64,000 bases of DNA from the NCBI GenBank assembly GCA_036338695.1, contig JAYZBQ010000042.1, positions 1 to 64,000 of the forward strand, given 5' to 3'. Below, in pieces: positions 46,901-55,972 of the stretch; the first letter of the stretch is position 1; each line of letters begins with the position of its first letter. Origin of the DNA: Myxococcota bacterium (GTDB taxonomy: Bacteria; Myxococcota; UBA4151). The notes under the pieces are model-generated. The model made no database searches. It saw only the letters and a program-made list of their open reading frames with translations, and was not told where the DNA came from. Position numbers and translations under genes: made by a program.

Positions 46901-49900
46901 ATCCTCGCCGTGTGCGAGCCACGCGAGTCGCCCGTTGCGAGCGTCTGCCAGTTACCCCCAGCGCATCCGGTGAACCGGTTGGTCCCAGCTGCTCGATACT
47001 GAACCGAAGCGTGAGCGTCCGGCGCCACCGAGAAAGCCAGGCTGGCGGTACGGTTCGCTTTGTCGATCGAGACGACGCGCTCGCCGCTGATCGCCGGGAA
47101 CCGGCGTTCGATCCAAGGCGTGCTCGCCTGCCCCGCAAGGTTCGTCGCCGTCATCCGGGTGAAGTACGGCCGCCCCGCCGTGATGGCGTTGCTTCGGATC
47201 ACACGGTTCCCCGTGCCGGTGTTGCGAACCTGACCGGCGTTGTCGGTCGCGATCACGTTGTTCGTGGTCGGCGCAGCGACCTGCGTGACCACGCCCACCG
47301 TGGTGTTCGGCTGCATCGACCAGGTGACCGTACCGGTGCTCCCGGCTTTGACGTACGGACCGTCGACTTCGTACCAGTCGACGACCGTGTTTCGGTCACC
47401 GCGTCCGAGGCCGTCCGGATTCCCGCCACAGCCACCGCACCAGTCGTTGTCAAAGCGAGCGCGGAAGGTGTGACGACCCGCCGTGACGTTCGCCACCACC
47501 TGAAGCTCGTTGAAGTCAGACTGGCTCGTCGAGAAGAGCTCTCGCCGACCGATGCTCTGCCCATCGAGCTCGAAGGTGAAGTGTGCGTTCTCGGGGCCTG
47601 CCTGCGTCGCGGAGGCGCGCAGCTTGAAGACGTACTGTCCCTCTTCAGGCGCCGTGAAGGTGTAGACACGACCGCCCGCGCCGCACTGGTGAATGTTGCC
47701 GTTGACCGGAGTACATTCGCCATCACCTGCCGGGAGCGTCTCAATCTGGACACGGCGTTGTGTTGCGTTCGCCGTGGCAGCGAGGCGCACGTCGTTGCGC
47801 AGGATCCTCGGGATCAGCTGCAGCTCCGGCGTCACCACTGCGCCAACACCGGTTCCGGCCGTGTTCTCGGACTGGACACGGACGCAGTAGGTCGTGCCTC
47901 GAGTCAAGCGGGTGAAGTTGTGGGAGATCGACGTCGCCCGACCATTGGTCCGGTACGCCGCATGGAACGCCCCACCAGCGCAGGCGTTGCCGCCACCGCC
48001 ACGGTAGATACGAATCTCCATGTCACCCGGTACGTGCGAGCGACCTGAGACCTGCATCGACGCTTGCGGGTGGTTCAGCACCGCAGTGACCCCGCTGACG
48101 CGCGGTAGTTCTTCTTCGTACCGCGGGTTGCGCATCGAGACGACGGCACCCGACGAGACCGCTGCCGGCAACAACCGACCGTTGAGGTTCACGCTGTTGT
48201 TGCCCGAGCTCATCCCCTGCTTGACCCATCCGCCGCCACGGAAGCGGGCGAAGTGGACATCACGATAGCGGTAGATGATGTGGTTGCGACCGCGAACGAA
48301 GACCGTCTGGAACTCGACGCGCGAGCCATTCGCACGCTCACGGCAGTCCCAGCTGATGATGAAGCGTTCCGGCGCGCCGCGCAGGTGCTTCCACATCAAC
48401 CGGTTGCAGTAGAGGTTCGCAAACATCGGCGCGATCAGGTTGTTGGGATCACCCGGGCTGCCGAAGTTGGCTGGTGCGGTGTCGACGCCAATGTTGGCGC
48501 CGCCCATCGACATCCAGCCGTCGGTCGAGGCGACCAAGCGGTTGTAGATGGTGCCGAAGTAGATGAACTTGAACGGTAAGCCGATGTTCACCGTGCGGTC
48601 GTCTTGATTCACGATCTGGCTCGGGCGCAGGTCAGCGATGTTGTCCCAGCCGCGCGAGTTGTTGATCGTGGCGGTGTAACCCGCCGACGAGACCGTCGCC
48701 GCGAAGGCGTCGACGTTCGCAGCCTGGGACACCGAGAGCGGTCCGTTGATCGCACGCACCTTCACGCAATGCGTCGTGCCCTGGCTGACCGGCGCCGTGC
48801 GCCAGTCTAGGAAGCCTGCGTTGCCGGTGCGGTTCGCGATACGCGATCCTGAGCAGTTACCGCCCGATGCGCTGCCGCGGTAGACCTCAGCCTCCCAGCT
48901 AGCAGCATGACGGAACTGCGAGGCAAGGTGGATGCCCATACCCGCTTGGTTACCCGTTCCTTGGAAGAAGGTGATCTGCGGGTAGTGCAACACGAACTCG
49001 GTGCGCAGCGAGCGCCGATCACCGCCCGTATTGAGCCGCAGGATGATGCAGTAGTGGTAGCCGCGCGCGACCGACCACGTGCGGTTCATGCTGCCTTCGC
49101 TCGGGAAGGAGCTGCTCGCCTGCAAGCCCTGCGTGTTGTTGCAGCCACCGTTTGCCGGCGAACCACCGCGGTACAAGTGCACCGTGTACGCCGAGCTGTA
49201 GGTCCAGTCAGCCGTGACATTAATACGGCCGCTGTACTGGTTCACGCTCGCACGCATCCACTGAATCTCGGGATTAAACAGGGTCCCCAAGTTGGTCGTG
49301 CGTACATCTTGCCCCAGCGCCAAGCGGGCGCAATACTGATAGCCACGCCGAATACCGGGTGTGTTCCCTGGCGTGAAGGTGTAGTCCAAGCTGCTCTGAC
49401 GGTTCCAGGCGATCGGCACGACCTTGATCGGCCCGCCCGTGCAGTTGCCGTTACGATACAGCGACAGGTTGGCGTCGGCTGCGGCGTATCGGCGCCAGCG
49501 GGCGCGGACCGTAAAGCTCGCCGCTTCCTGGTTGATGCTGCCCGTCAGGCTGTGCGGTGTACCGCGACTGCTACGTACCATATGTCCTGCGACTCGGTTT
49601 CCGCCGTCGCGCGTCACCGCCTGCAAGCAGTAGTTCGTGTGCCGCGCGATGCGTGGCCACGCGTTCGTGTTCGTAAACGTGCGGGTGAACGAGCTGCTCG
49701 CCCCATAGCGCTGCCGGAACACCTCCTGGCCGTTGACACAGCGACCGTTCGAGAGCGCGCCGCCTTTGTACAAATACATATCGATCGGCGCCGCAAAGCT
49801 CGTGTTCACCTGAGCGCGAAGCTGTGGATAGTCCGGGTTGATGGCGTCAAGCCGCACATTCGTGAGGCGAGCGTAATCCACGACAGGCGTCATCCAGGCG

Positions 49901-51054
49901 TGCTGATACTCACGCCCTGGCCCACGATAGTTGACCAAATGAACGCAGTAACGATGCCCGCGGTACAAGCCGCTAAAGTCGTAACTAAACGACGATCCCG
50001 AGAAGTTAACCTGCCAGTAGCTACCATAGCCAGACCGGACGGGGTGTGAGTAGTCACGGCACGCGTTGCCGCTCCCGTGCGAGTAGGTCCGCCCGCCTCG
50101 ATACAGCCGAACGTAGCCGGACGACGGCCTGTCGAGGTTGATACGCACCCTGACGGTCGCTCGCGGTCCATCCACGGATATGTTCCTGCTCGTCACCCTG
50201 TTTCCAAGGATCGGCGAGGTCATGCCCGACCAAACCGTTCTATGACCGCCATCGAAGTTGCGTATGTGTACGCAATATCTTTGCCCCGAGTAGCGACCAT
50301 CTGACGACCACCCTAGACCGCCAAAGGTCTGGTTGATGCTCGAACTTGTGGTCGTCCAAGTCTGCCTGTGCGAGCCACGGTGACAGTAACCGCCCGAGGC
50401 TGACCCGCCACGGTATATGTAGACCCTTGAGGTGGGATCTCCATAACCCGCAGTATAGTAGTGTCTGTACGCCTGCTGATATCTCTGTTGGTACGCCTCA
50501 AGGTAGCGCTCGCGGTAAGCCACCCTAACACGCACCTGGCGCCTCCTAAGCACCGCCACGTAGACACGCCGGAGCTCGCGCCGGTAGCCCCAGCTCCAGT
50601 AGTAGTACCAGTAGCAACGCGTGTAGCAGTAGGTTCGCCAACCGCAGCGACGCCACCACCAGCCACCCCAGCAAGAGTAGCGGCGGTAGCAGTAACGGTA
50701 GCAGCGGTAGCCACGTCTCAGCACCCGGTAGCGAACGTACACCCAGCGATACTGCCACTCATAGGACCAGTAGTACTGCCAGCGGTATTCCCAGCGGTAA
50801 GACCAGCGATACGCCCAGCGGTATGCGGTGCGATACGCCCAGCGATAACGGATCTCGTAGTTCCGCTTGGTACCCCGGTTGAAGTTGTACCGGACATTAA
50901 GCCGCATGTTGTGTTGATCATGACTAACCCGGACGCTGCTAATATTCGGCGCAGGCTCCCACCACCACGCGTCCGCATCACCCGCCCAAAGACAGATCAC
51001 AAACGCCGCCGCTATGGGTGCGCTACGAACTATCGATCGTGCCAAGTTAACCAT
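43999..51054 (-). CDS. Giant (~2350 aa) secreted multidomain protein: R/Y/W-rich Cys-ladder insert, 8 FN3/Ig-like repeats, NIDO-like, CBM-like, HYR-like and helical C-terminal domains
   Basis: Uninterrupted ORF; GAGGAGG lies 9 nt before ATG 51054; signal peptide ending ADA; repeated YRGG..C / YC motifs; downstream terminator. Confidence 0.85.
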   Translation of the reverse strand: MVNLARSIVRSAPIAAAFVICLWAGDADAWWWEPAPNISSVRVSHDQHNMRLNVRYNFNRGTKRNYEIRYRWAYRTAYRWAYRWSYRWEYRWQYYWSYEWQYRWVYVRYRVLRRGYRCYRYCYRRYSCWGGWWWRRCGWRTYCYTRCYWYYYWSWGYRRELRRVYVAVLRRRQVRVRVAYRERYLEAYQQRYQQAYRHYYTAGYGDPTSRVYIYRGGSASGGYCHRGSHRQTWTTTSSSINQTFGGLGWSSDGRYSGQRYCVHIRNFDGGHRTVWSGMTSPILGNRVTSRNISVDGPRATVRVRINLDRPSSGYVRLYRGGRTYSHGSGNACRDYSHPVRSGYGSYWQVNFSGSSFSYDFSGLYRGHRYCVHLVNYRGPGREYQHAWMTPVVDYARLTNVRLDAINPDYPQLRAQVNTSFAAPIDMYLYKGGALSNGRCVNGQEVFRQRYGASSSFTRTFTNTNAWPRIARHTNYCLQAVTRDGGNRVAGHMVRSSRGTPHSLTGSINQEAASFTVRARWRRYAAADANLSLYRNGNCTGGPIKVVPIAWNRQSSLDYTFTPGNTPGIRRGYQYCARLALGQDVRTTNLGTLFNPEIQWMRASVNQYSGRINVTADWTYSSAYTVHLYRGGSPANGGCNNTQGLQASSSFPSEGSMNRTWSVARGYHYCIILRLNTGGDRRSLRTEFVLHYPQITFFQGTGNQAGMGIHLASQFRHAASWEAEVYRGSASGGNCSGSRIANRTGNAGFLDWRTAPVSQGTTHCVKVRAINGPLSVSQAANVDAFAATVSSAGYTATINNSRGWDNIADLRPSQIVNQDDRTVNIGLPFKFIYFGTIYNRLVASTDGWMSMGGANIGVDTAPANFGSPGDPNNLIAPMFANLYCNRLMWKHLRGAPERFIISWDCRERANGSRVEFQTVFVRGRNHIIYRYRDVHFARFRGGGWVKQGMSSGNNSVNLNGRLLPAAVSSGAVVSMRNPRYEEELPRVSGVTAVLNHPQASMQVSGRSHVPGDMEIRIYRGGGGNACAGGAFHAAYRTNGRATSISHNFTRLTRGTTYCVRVQSENTAGTGVGAVVTPELQLIPRILRNDVRLAATANATQRRVQIETLPAGDGECTPVNGNIHQCGAGGRVYTFTAPEEGQYVFKLRASATQAGPENAHFTFELDGQSIGRRELFSTSQSDFNELQVVANVTAGRHTFRARFDNDWCGGCGGNPDGLGRGDRNTVVDWYEVDGPYVKAGSTGTVTWSMQPNTTVGVVTQVAAPTTNNVIATDNAGQVRNTGTGNRVIRSNAITAGRPYFTRMTATNLAGQASTPWIERRFPAISGERVVSIDKANRTASLAFSVAPDAHASVQYRAAGTNRFTGCAGGNWQTLATGDSRGSHTARIANLNDNTYYCWRVVAEHSRGQPWRTVIQGPSRHFVFDRTAPRVTPPSYRVYEQDVQAGSRIAIARLGTPRVDDAVEGISLVATPFYCPRQVAQSCVAWDESAFRQKGTHYVRWRGVDAAGNEGFSAFQRFDVRDTTRPAYSGGPVKIVEAQSVAGTIVTLKNLTTNAPDANNFQATDACDARLDVTQETLVNGRYVSAATHRFARSTNPDGVGDHTVRVRVRDDSGNMTVGTYPVRIVDTTAPTFTLVPRAIVGLRDGCVTAYLPRPSVLDNSYPNNRLTLTKSHPDGPEDQGGTCWNEGGVMEGDIRVHTVRWTIADPQGNSRSTNMRVEVRRPTLTARVRVTSGGAEVEMGTYVRDDVSVQVTLLTRNQNCNEDPRTGQWDWIPIPTRVIQQPNQNLFTGIFAEDGNYIGGYVMVWHCDEFALIPDLSFGIDTIAPTHDFEKLINNAVDPDNVDTFLRQFVGNRLDLGGVTMNDERSGIQSITMILNPGDPGRPWGGEANLLRHTVRGRGVLITGSREVSGLDCVPGSEICVTANERPYLDMARLRTFDDDRTNQHRLRLQIRDFAGNVNTTDRYFLLRDYRSSLVDVKARVETMLEGAGGEDYEDDLNSTVTHLTESLGYWDARTRENAGPGFRDRQIAWSPSFSRAVNAANTLLLARRNDGPRVLSTFSKDIGSAMLGEMTMYVSTMEELRSESDLALEWWSNYIGRANAQLASGRQSNIGSVQAARARDGYNLLAHLYELEYDLYSRVQETRQTAMSVFGNEDSDAEELDEARIGLTVAIQRFLQWVFREQLRTARDVSRVGYTQLQGAIEKMGNVTRCTDQLILQGLNDRQFTLCYLNIVEVVDYFREIQSALVDTTHWRTTLAHTVYAMLDVSLHYSLNALTTFDGDEEDELDYREDQMALTGIAEWRAGMEQLQSGDVDGALNRYMANRCRIVRLYNRYWYDEEDPLLAEIDEAEYCQ
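50741..50850 (-). repeat. 12-bp tandem coding repeat (YRWx tetrapeptides)
   Basis: Recurrent CCAGCGRTA units on the + strand encoding YRWA-YRTA-YRWA-YRWS-YRWE-YRWQ-YYWS-YEWQ-YRWV. Confidence 0.85.
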
Positions 51055-51091
51055 GTCTCTCATCCTCCTCTTTGCGCCTACCGCTAAGCGC

Positions 51092-52468
51092 CTAAGGGCA
51101 ATCTGCCGGGATGCGGCAATGCCCTTGAATACCTTGTCCGTTCGCCACACAGCATGAGCCTGCGAGCTCATTGGTGCAGGTGGCTTGATTCTGCGTCACG
51201 CAAGCGAGCGTGCAGTACCATCTCGTGGGGTCATCAACACCCTGCAAGCACACCCCGCCACGCTGCTGACACGCCATGGGGTTGTTGCGAAACTCTGTGC
51301 AATCCGTGCCGATGAAGACACGCGGCCCAGCATCGTCGGGAGGCGGCGTTGCGTCAAAGGCGCCAAGATCCGGAATAGGACCGTAATCGAAGTTTGACGC
51401 GTCCGGCCTTGGGCCCTGACCAAAATCTGGAATCGGTCCGTCAAAGCCTGGAGGCAGAGTGTCGCCGATGATCTGAGCATCTGGCAGCGGCGGGGGCGGC
51501 GCGCCGTCTGGACATTCCCGAGCGTCTGCACACCCAGTACCCCACCAACCCATGTCTGGCTGAGGACCTGCGTCCTCGTTAAACCAACCGTAATCCGGGC
51601 GCGGCCCAATGTCCGCAGGCGGTTCGGCGTCTGGGAAGCCCAGATCCGGCAAGCCACCCTCGGGCGGGCCTTGATTGCCAATGTCTGGAAAGGGACCCAG
51701 GTCCATCATGCCAGCATCCGGAGCCCAGAGGTCATCCACCGGAACGTCTGGCAACCCACCGTCAGCGTTGCCGATGTCGAGCCGCGCACCGTAGTCGGGG
51801 ATACCGCCGTCGGCGAAGCCGTAGTCAGGAAGACCGGGACCATCAAAAACGCCCACATCGTTGTAGCCGCCAAGGTCCATACGTCCCGTATCGATCATCG
51901 CAACATCGCCCGTGTCCCAGACCAACACATCCGGTAGCGCATCCACGTCGCGCCCGAGCATGAACTCCCCCGTGGTGTTGATGGCGGCCACGAACTCGCC
52001 GTCAACGTAGGTCGACTCCACGGACTCCCACAGCTCACCGGCTTGGCTTCGATGCCACACCTTATAGCGCGCCAGCTCACCGACATCGAAGTTGTCCGGA
52101 ACAACGATCGTGACCGTCGCCTCAACCGTGAGGCTCATGAAGGGGCGGACTCGCCACCCGTTGCCCTGGTGCACCACACCGACGGTTGGCGGGTTGTCCC
52201 AAACGGGGAAGGTATCGATAAGGCAATCGATCTCGTCGATACTGTGATACTGGATCCGAAACACGCCGCCCGCCGCAGCGCAGGCCTTGAAACCTGCGTC
52301 GTTCGCTCGGTTCCGCGGATCCGGCTCACCAGCAGCGACACAGCTACCGTCTCGGCAAATATACCCCGGACGGCAGTCTCCAGCGCCGACACACGTCCCT
52401 GAGCTGCCTACTGTGCAGCCTGCTCCAGCACCTAACATTGCGCTCAACACCACCAGATTGCGCAGCAC
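51092..52468 (-). CDS. Cys-rich lipoprotein with acidic PDxG/DxG repeat linker
   Basis: GAGC lipobox, C....DC..GY.C..G.C motif, many (P)D[YLIAMF]G units and a C-terminal Cys-rich domain. Confidence 0.8.
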   Translation of the reverse strand: MLRNLVVLSAMLGAGAGCTVGSSGTCVGAGDCRPGYICRDGSCVAAGEPDPRNRANDAGFKACAAAGGVFRIQYHSIDEIDCLIDTFPVWDNPPTVGVVHQGNGWRVRPFMSLTVEATVTIVVPDNFDVGELARYKVWHRSQAGELWESVESTYVDGEFVAAINTTGEFMLGRDVDALPDVLVWDTGDVAMIDTGRMDLGGYNDVGVFDGPGLPDYGFADGGIPDYGARLDIGNADGGLPDVPVDDLWAPDAGMMDLGPFPDIGNQGPPEGGLPDLGFPDAEPPADIGPRPDYGWFNEDAGPQPDMGWWGTGCADARECPDGAPPPPLPDAQIIGDTLPPGFDGPIPDFGQGPRPDASNFDYGPIPDLGAFDATPPPDDAGPRVFIGTDCTEFRNNPMACQQRGGVCLQGVDDPTRWYCTLACVTQNQATCTNELAGSCCVANGQGIQGHCRIPADCP

Positions 52469-52514
52469 CTTTGCCCCTTTCGTCGAACTCGACGGACGCG
52501 TTCACGCCCAATAA

Positions 52515-52530
52515 TGCACAAACCATGCCG
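52515..52530 (-). promoter_or_regulatory. Possible sigma-54 promoter for the lipoprotein/giant-protein operon
   Basis: Minus strand CGGCATGGTTTGTGCA (GG-N10-GC); palindrome TGTGCA-N5-TGCACA at 52603-52619. Confidence 0.45.
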
Positions 52531-52648
52531 GCCTAAGCAGGCGAGCACAAGCCGTCCACACCCCTTATTTACGCTCATCGACACAATCGCGACGACGTCC
52601 GCTGTGCAAATCCTGCACATAGGTCAGCGCAGAATGCGTCGATACGGC

Positions 52649-52685
52649 AAAAAAAGGAAACCCCCGCCGAAGCGAGGGCTCCTTT
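52649..52685 (-). terminator. Intrinsic terminator of the 1029-aa lipoprotein gene
   Basis: Minus strand GGAGCCCTCGC-TTCG-GCGGGGGTTTCC followed by a T-run. Confidence 0.8.
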
Positions 52686-52704
52686 CTGCCGTGCCGTCGC
52701 AGAC

Positions 52705-55700
52705 CTACGGCGCGCTGACCCCGTAGAAGACGTCCTTGTCGTCTTCACGGTTCGCCCGCTTCTCCCAGACGGCGTGAATCGCGCCCCCCGGATCCACAGC
52801 TGCGCTCGGCTTGTAGTCGTCTTGCTGGTCGTTGTCCTCGCCGTCGCGAGACTCAGTCATCACGACCACAGCCGGCTGCTCTCCGCCACCATCATAGCTG
52901 CGATCGTAACGCCGTAAGACGATGTCCTTGTCGCCGCCTGCGCCGCGCGTCGGCGCGTCGGTTTGCCAAATCACCGAGACGGTCTGCGTCGTCATGTCGC
53001 CTTCGACGCTGTGCACCACGATCTCCGGGCGGCGGTTAGCCGCGGTCGTGAACTCATCGCCTGCCGACGCCAGGAACGCACCTTCACCGTCCGTGCCACT
53101 CGTAAACGGAGCGCCCTGCTCGGTGTAGGCCCAGCGTACCGCTGTATTTTGACCGGCGCCACAACCGCCCTCAGCTAGCCACGCCACGTAGGCTCGCCCG
53201 TTGGGGTCCTCGGGATCAACAGCGACCACAGGGCTCGAGGTCTCCCGGATCGGGAACCCGTCCTCATCAAGGTTGCCCGCCTGACCGCAGTTTCCGTTGA
53301 CCAACAGCGCCTCATTCCCAACGCCCGTATTCACGTAGAGGATGTCCACGTCATTCTCAGCGTCGCCGTCGAGGTCGCCATCATCTTCCCACACGACGTG
53401 CGCAGCGCCTGAACCGTCCATCGCGATGTCCGGCTTGTCAGCGCCGTCTTCGCCGCCAGCCGTGTTGTCCGAGATGATCTGAGGCGTCCAAGCGCCTTCT
53501 TGGCTGGTCGCTAGGTACACCTCATACGCGCGCCCGGTGTTCTCGGACTGCGTGTCCACAACAAAGACGACCTGCGGCCCCATCGAACCAACGGCGATGC
53601 GCGGGTAGGTGGCGTCCATGCCAGAGATCCCTTGGGAAGTCAGCGAGGTGACATCCCCGAGACCGCCCTGAGCCTGTATAAACCCAGCCCAGCAAACACC
53701 CGGCGTCTCAGGACTCTGCGGCTGCGGCGTCGCTCCCGCGTTGTTGCAGCTTGTATCGGAGATCGTTGGCGCTGTACCATCCCACGTCGTGTAGACGACA
53801 TTGGCTGATCCGTCGCGTCCACCGACACGCCCGGAGTCCGTCCAGACAAAGTGCCCGACCCCGTTTTCGTCGACGGCGACGTCCGGGGTGCTCCCATTCG
53901 CCGAGTTGCGGACGTTGAGGATCACGGGGTCGCCCCACGTCCCATCCTCACCCAAGTGAGCCGCAGCGATCAACTCCATCTCACAAGCGTTCAGCCCGAT
54001 ACAGGTTTCCCACGTCGCGTAGACATCACCGTTCGGACCCACGCCGATGCGCGGCACCTGCGAGTTCCAGCTGTCTTGCTCGTTTGAGACGATCAACGGC
54101 TCGCCGCTGCGGAACACAGCGATCTCGGAGCGGGTCTCCGTCCCTAAGCCGTCCGCTGCCACCACCCAGAGTTCGATACGAGCACCCTCTTCCGGGATCT
54201 GAATCACGCCAGTGTAGCGGCCGTCGTCTTCACCGGTCGGCTCAAGCGCCACGCCGTCACCTTCGCCGATTCCGACCCGGACGCTGTCGACGCCATTGTA
54301 GGCGTCATACGCCTCCACCACGACGTTCGTGGCGCCCGTGTTGACCCACGAGTTCGCCCGGGGAGTGATCCACGTCACCACCGGGCCGGTGTTGTCCACG
54401 TTGAACAGACGCGCCGGGTTGTCTTCCTCGGCGGAGACGTTGCGCGCCATGTCGATCGCCGACAGGTAGATGTTGTTGTCGCCCTCAGCGAGGTCTACCG
54501 TCAGGCAGAACGCGCCGTCTGCGTCAGCGCTCCCCGAAGCCTGCGCTTGAATCACGCCGCCGGTGTCGGTGTTCTCGAGGCTCACCTCAGCATGCGGCTC
54601 CGTCGTCCCGCAGACCTCAATCGAGGCACCCGCCGTCGAGGTGGCATCTTCAGCGATCGGATTGCCGTCTTCATCTTTGTACACCACATCGGAGAAGGTT
54701 GGCGGGGTGAAATCCGTCGTAACCCACACATGCCGCTTACGCGTCTCGCGCTCACCTAAGACCGCCCAGACGCGCACGTGCTGAGTGACCTCTGCCGTGT
54801 CATCCGCAGCGTCGCAGGTCGTGCACTCCTTGGTGATATCCTGGCTCCACTGCACCTCATCGATCGCCTCGCGGAACTGCAACTCTGAGCTTCCATCGAT
54901 GCTCCCCTTGACCTCGGCGTCTTCACAGACCACCCCGATCATCGGGTACATCGAATAGCGATCATCGCCGGCGCCACCGACTAAGCTTGTCCAGACACAC
55001 AGACCAGCCTGTTCTTCACCGTCGACCGTCTTGGTGCAGTCCTTCTCGCTGTACTCGAGCGGTCGATTCTGGCGAATATTTCCCTCGCCGTCATAGGTCC
55101 GGTTGGCGATCGTCAACTGGCAGCCTACGTCATCGTAATCGACCTCTTTCGAGATCGGCGCCGAGCGCACATTCTGGGCGGTGACCGCAAAGAAGGTGAA
55201 GTTGTTCACATTCCGCGCTGGGTCGTCGGTGGTCTGGAGGTTCGCTCGCGCTTCCCAAGTCGTCGCCGCGTCTGGCGCCACAAGCAATGCATCGACCACG
55301 ACCTCGCCCTCAACCTGCTGGACCATGTAGACGCCAGTACCAGCCGGCTTGGTGCCGCCCCAGGTGATGCTCTGCTCTGCATACACAAAGACATCGCTGA
55401 CCTCCGGAGCCGTGACGGTCACGGGATCCGGACGTACGGCGAGCAGGATCTCTACGCGTGTCTTTTTGCTTTTGTTGCCCGCGTTATCCACTGCGCGCAG
55501 CTCGAAGCTGTTCATCCCTTCAGCGAGCGTCACCTCGAAACTGAACTCGGTGGTCTCATCGAGCGGGGTCACCTCGGTGTCGCCGTTGTGGACCGCAACG
55601 CTGGCCTGCTTGATGCCAAAGATCGTGACCACGTCAGCGCAGCCGTCCGCTTCGCATTTGATCACGACGGAGGGCACATCCGGCGATACGATCGGCGCTT

Positions 55701-55794
55701 CGGGCGCCGAGTCATCGACCGTGCTATCGCCGCAGCCTGCGACGAGGGCAAATGGTGAGATCATTAAAGACAGCTTTAACAGGCGCCAGTTCAT
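52705..55794 (-). CDS. Large acidic lipoprotein with Ig-like domains and probable C-terminal beta-propeller
   Basis: ATG 55794 gives VAGC lipobox; L.EG.N....A.D.AGN Ig motifs; repeated P.(I/V)AVD..G..H.VW blades. Confidence 0.8.
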   Translation of the reverse strand: MNWRLLKLSLMISPFALVAGCGDSTVDDSAPEAPIVSPDVPSVVIKCEADGCADVVTIFGIKQASVAVHNGDTEVTPLDETTEFSFEVTLAEGMNSFELRAVDNAGNKSKKTRVEILLAVRPDPVTVTAPEVSDVFVYAEQSITWGGTKPAGTGVYMVQQVEGEVVVDALLVAPDAATTWEARANLQTTDDPARNVNNFTFFAVTAQNVRSAPISKEVDYDDVGCQLTIANRTYDGEGNIRQNRPLEYSEKDCTKTVDGEEQAGLCVWTSLVGGAGDDRYSMYPMIGVVCEDAEVKGSIDGSSELQFREAIDEVQWSQDITKECTTCDAADDTAEVTQHVRVWAVLGERETRKRHVWVTTDFTPPTFSDVVYKDEDGNPIAEDATSTAGASIEVCGTTEPHAEVSLENTDTGGVIQAQASGSADADGAFCLTVDLAEGDNNIYLSAIDMARNVSAEEDNPARLFNVDNTGPVVTWITPRANSWVNTGATNVVVEAYDAYNGVDSVRVGIGEGDGVALEPTGEDDGRYTGVIQIPEEGARIELWVVAADGLGTETRSEIAVFRSGEPLIVSNEQDSWNSQVPRIGVGPNGDVYATWETCIGLNACEMELIAAAHLGEDGTWGDPVILNVRNSANGSTPDVAVDENGVGHFVWTDSGRVGGRDGSANVVYTTWDGTAPTISDTSCNNAGATPQPQSPETPGVCWAGFIQAQGGLGDVTSLTSQGISGMDATYPRIAVGSMGPQVVFVVDTQSENTGRAYEVYLATSQEGAWTPQIISDNTAGGEDGADKPDIAMDGSGAAHVVWEDDGDLDGDAENDVDILYVNTGVGNEALLVNGNCGQAGNLDEDGFPIRETSSPVVAVDPEDPNGRAYVAWLAEGGCGAGQNTAVRWAYTEQGAPFTSGTDGEGAFLASAGDEFTTAANRRPEIVVHSVEGDMTTQTVSVIWQTDAPTRGAGGDKDIVLRRYDRSYDGGGEQPAVVVMTESRDGEDNDQQDDYKPSAAVDPGGAIHAVWEKRANREDDKDVFYGVSAP

Positions 55795-55972
55795 AGGAAA
55801 CGCTCCAAGGCCTAATACCATTGGGGTGGAGTTTGTCAGGCGAAGTCCCGACGCGCAACCCATCCCGTGATGTCGTTGTGAACCAGTGAGCGACATGACG
55901 CCGACAAACCTTTAGCTCGAAAGGTCACGGCGAGTCCTTCACGAACGCTCTTGTCTTCAGTACATCTACCCT

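Noticed and set aside
43987..48048. 1353-aa ORF on the + strand
   Set aside because: It is an antisense shadow of the giant gene, expected from strong GC3 codon bias; it has no motifs, RBS or terminator.
50741..50850. Tandem DNA repeats as a possible CRISPR array or VNTR
   Set aside because: The 12-bp units have no spacers and vary at synonymous positions, so this is a coding repeat. No CRISPR array or cas gene is seen in the window.
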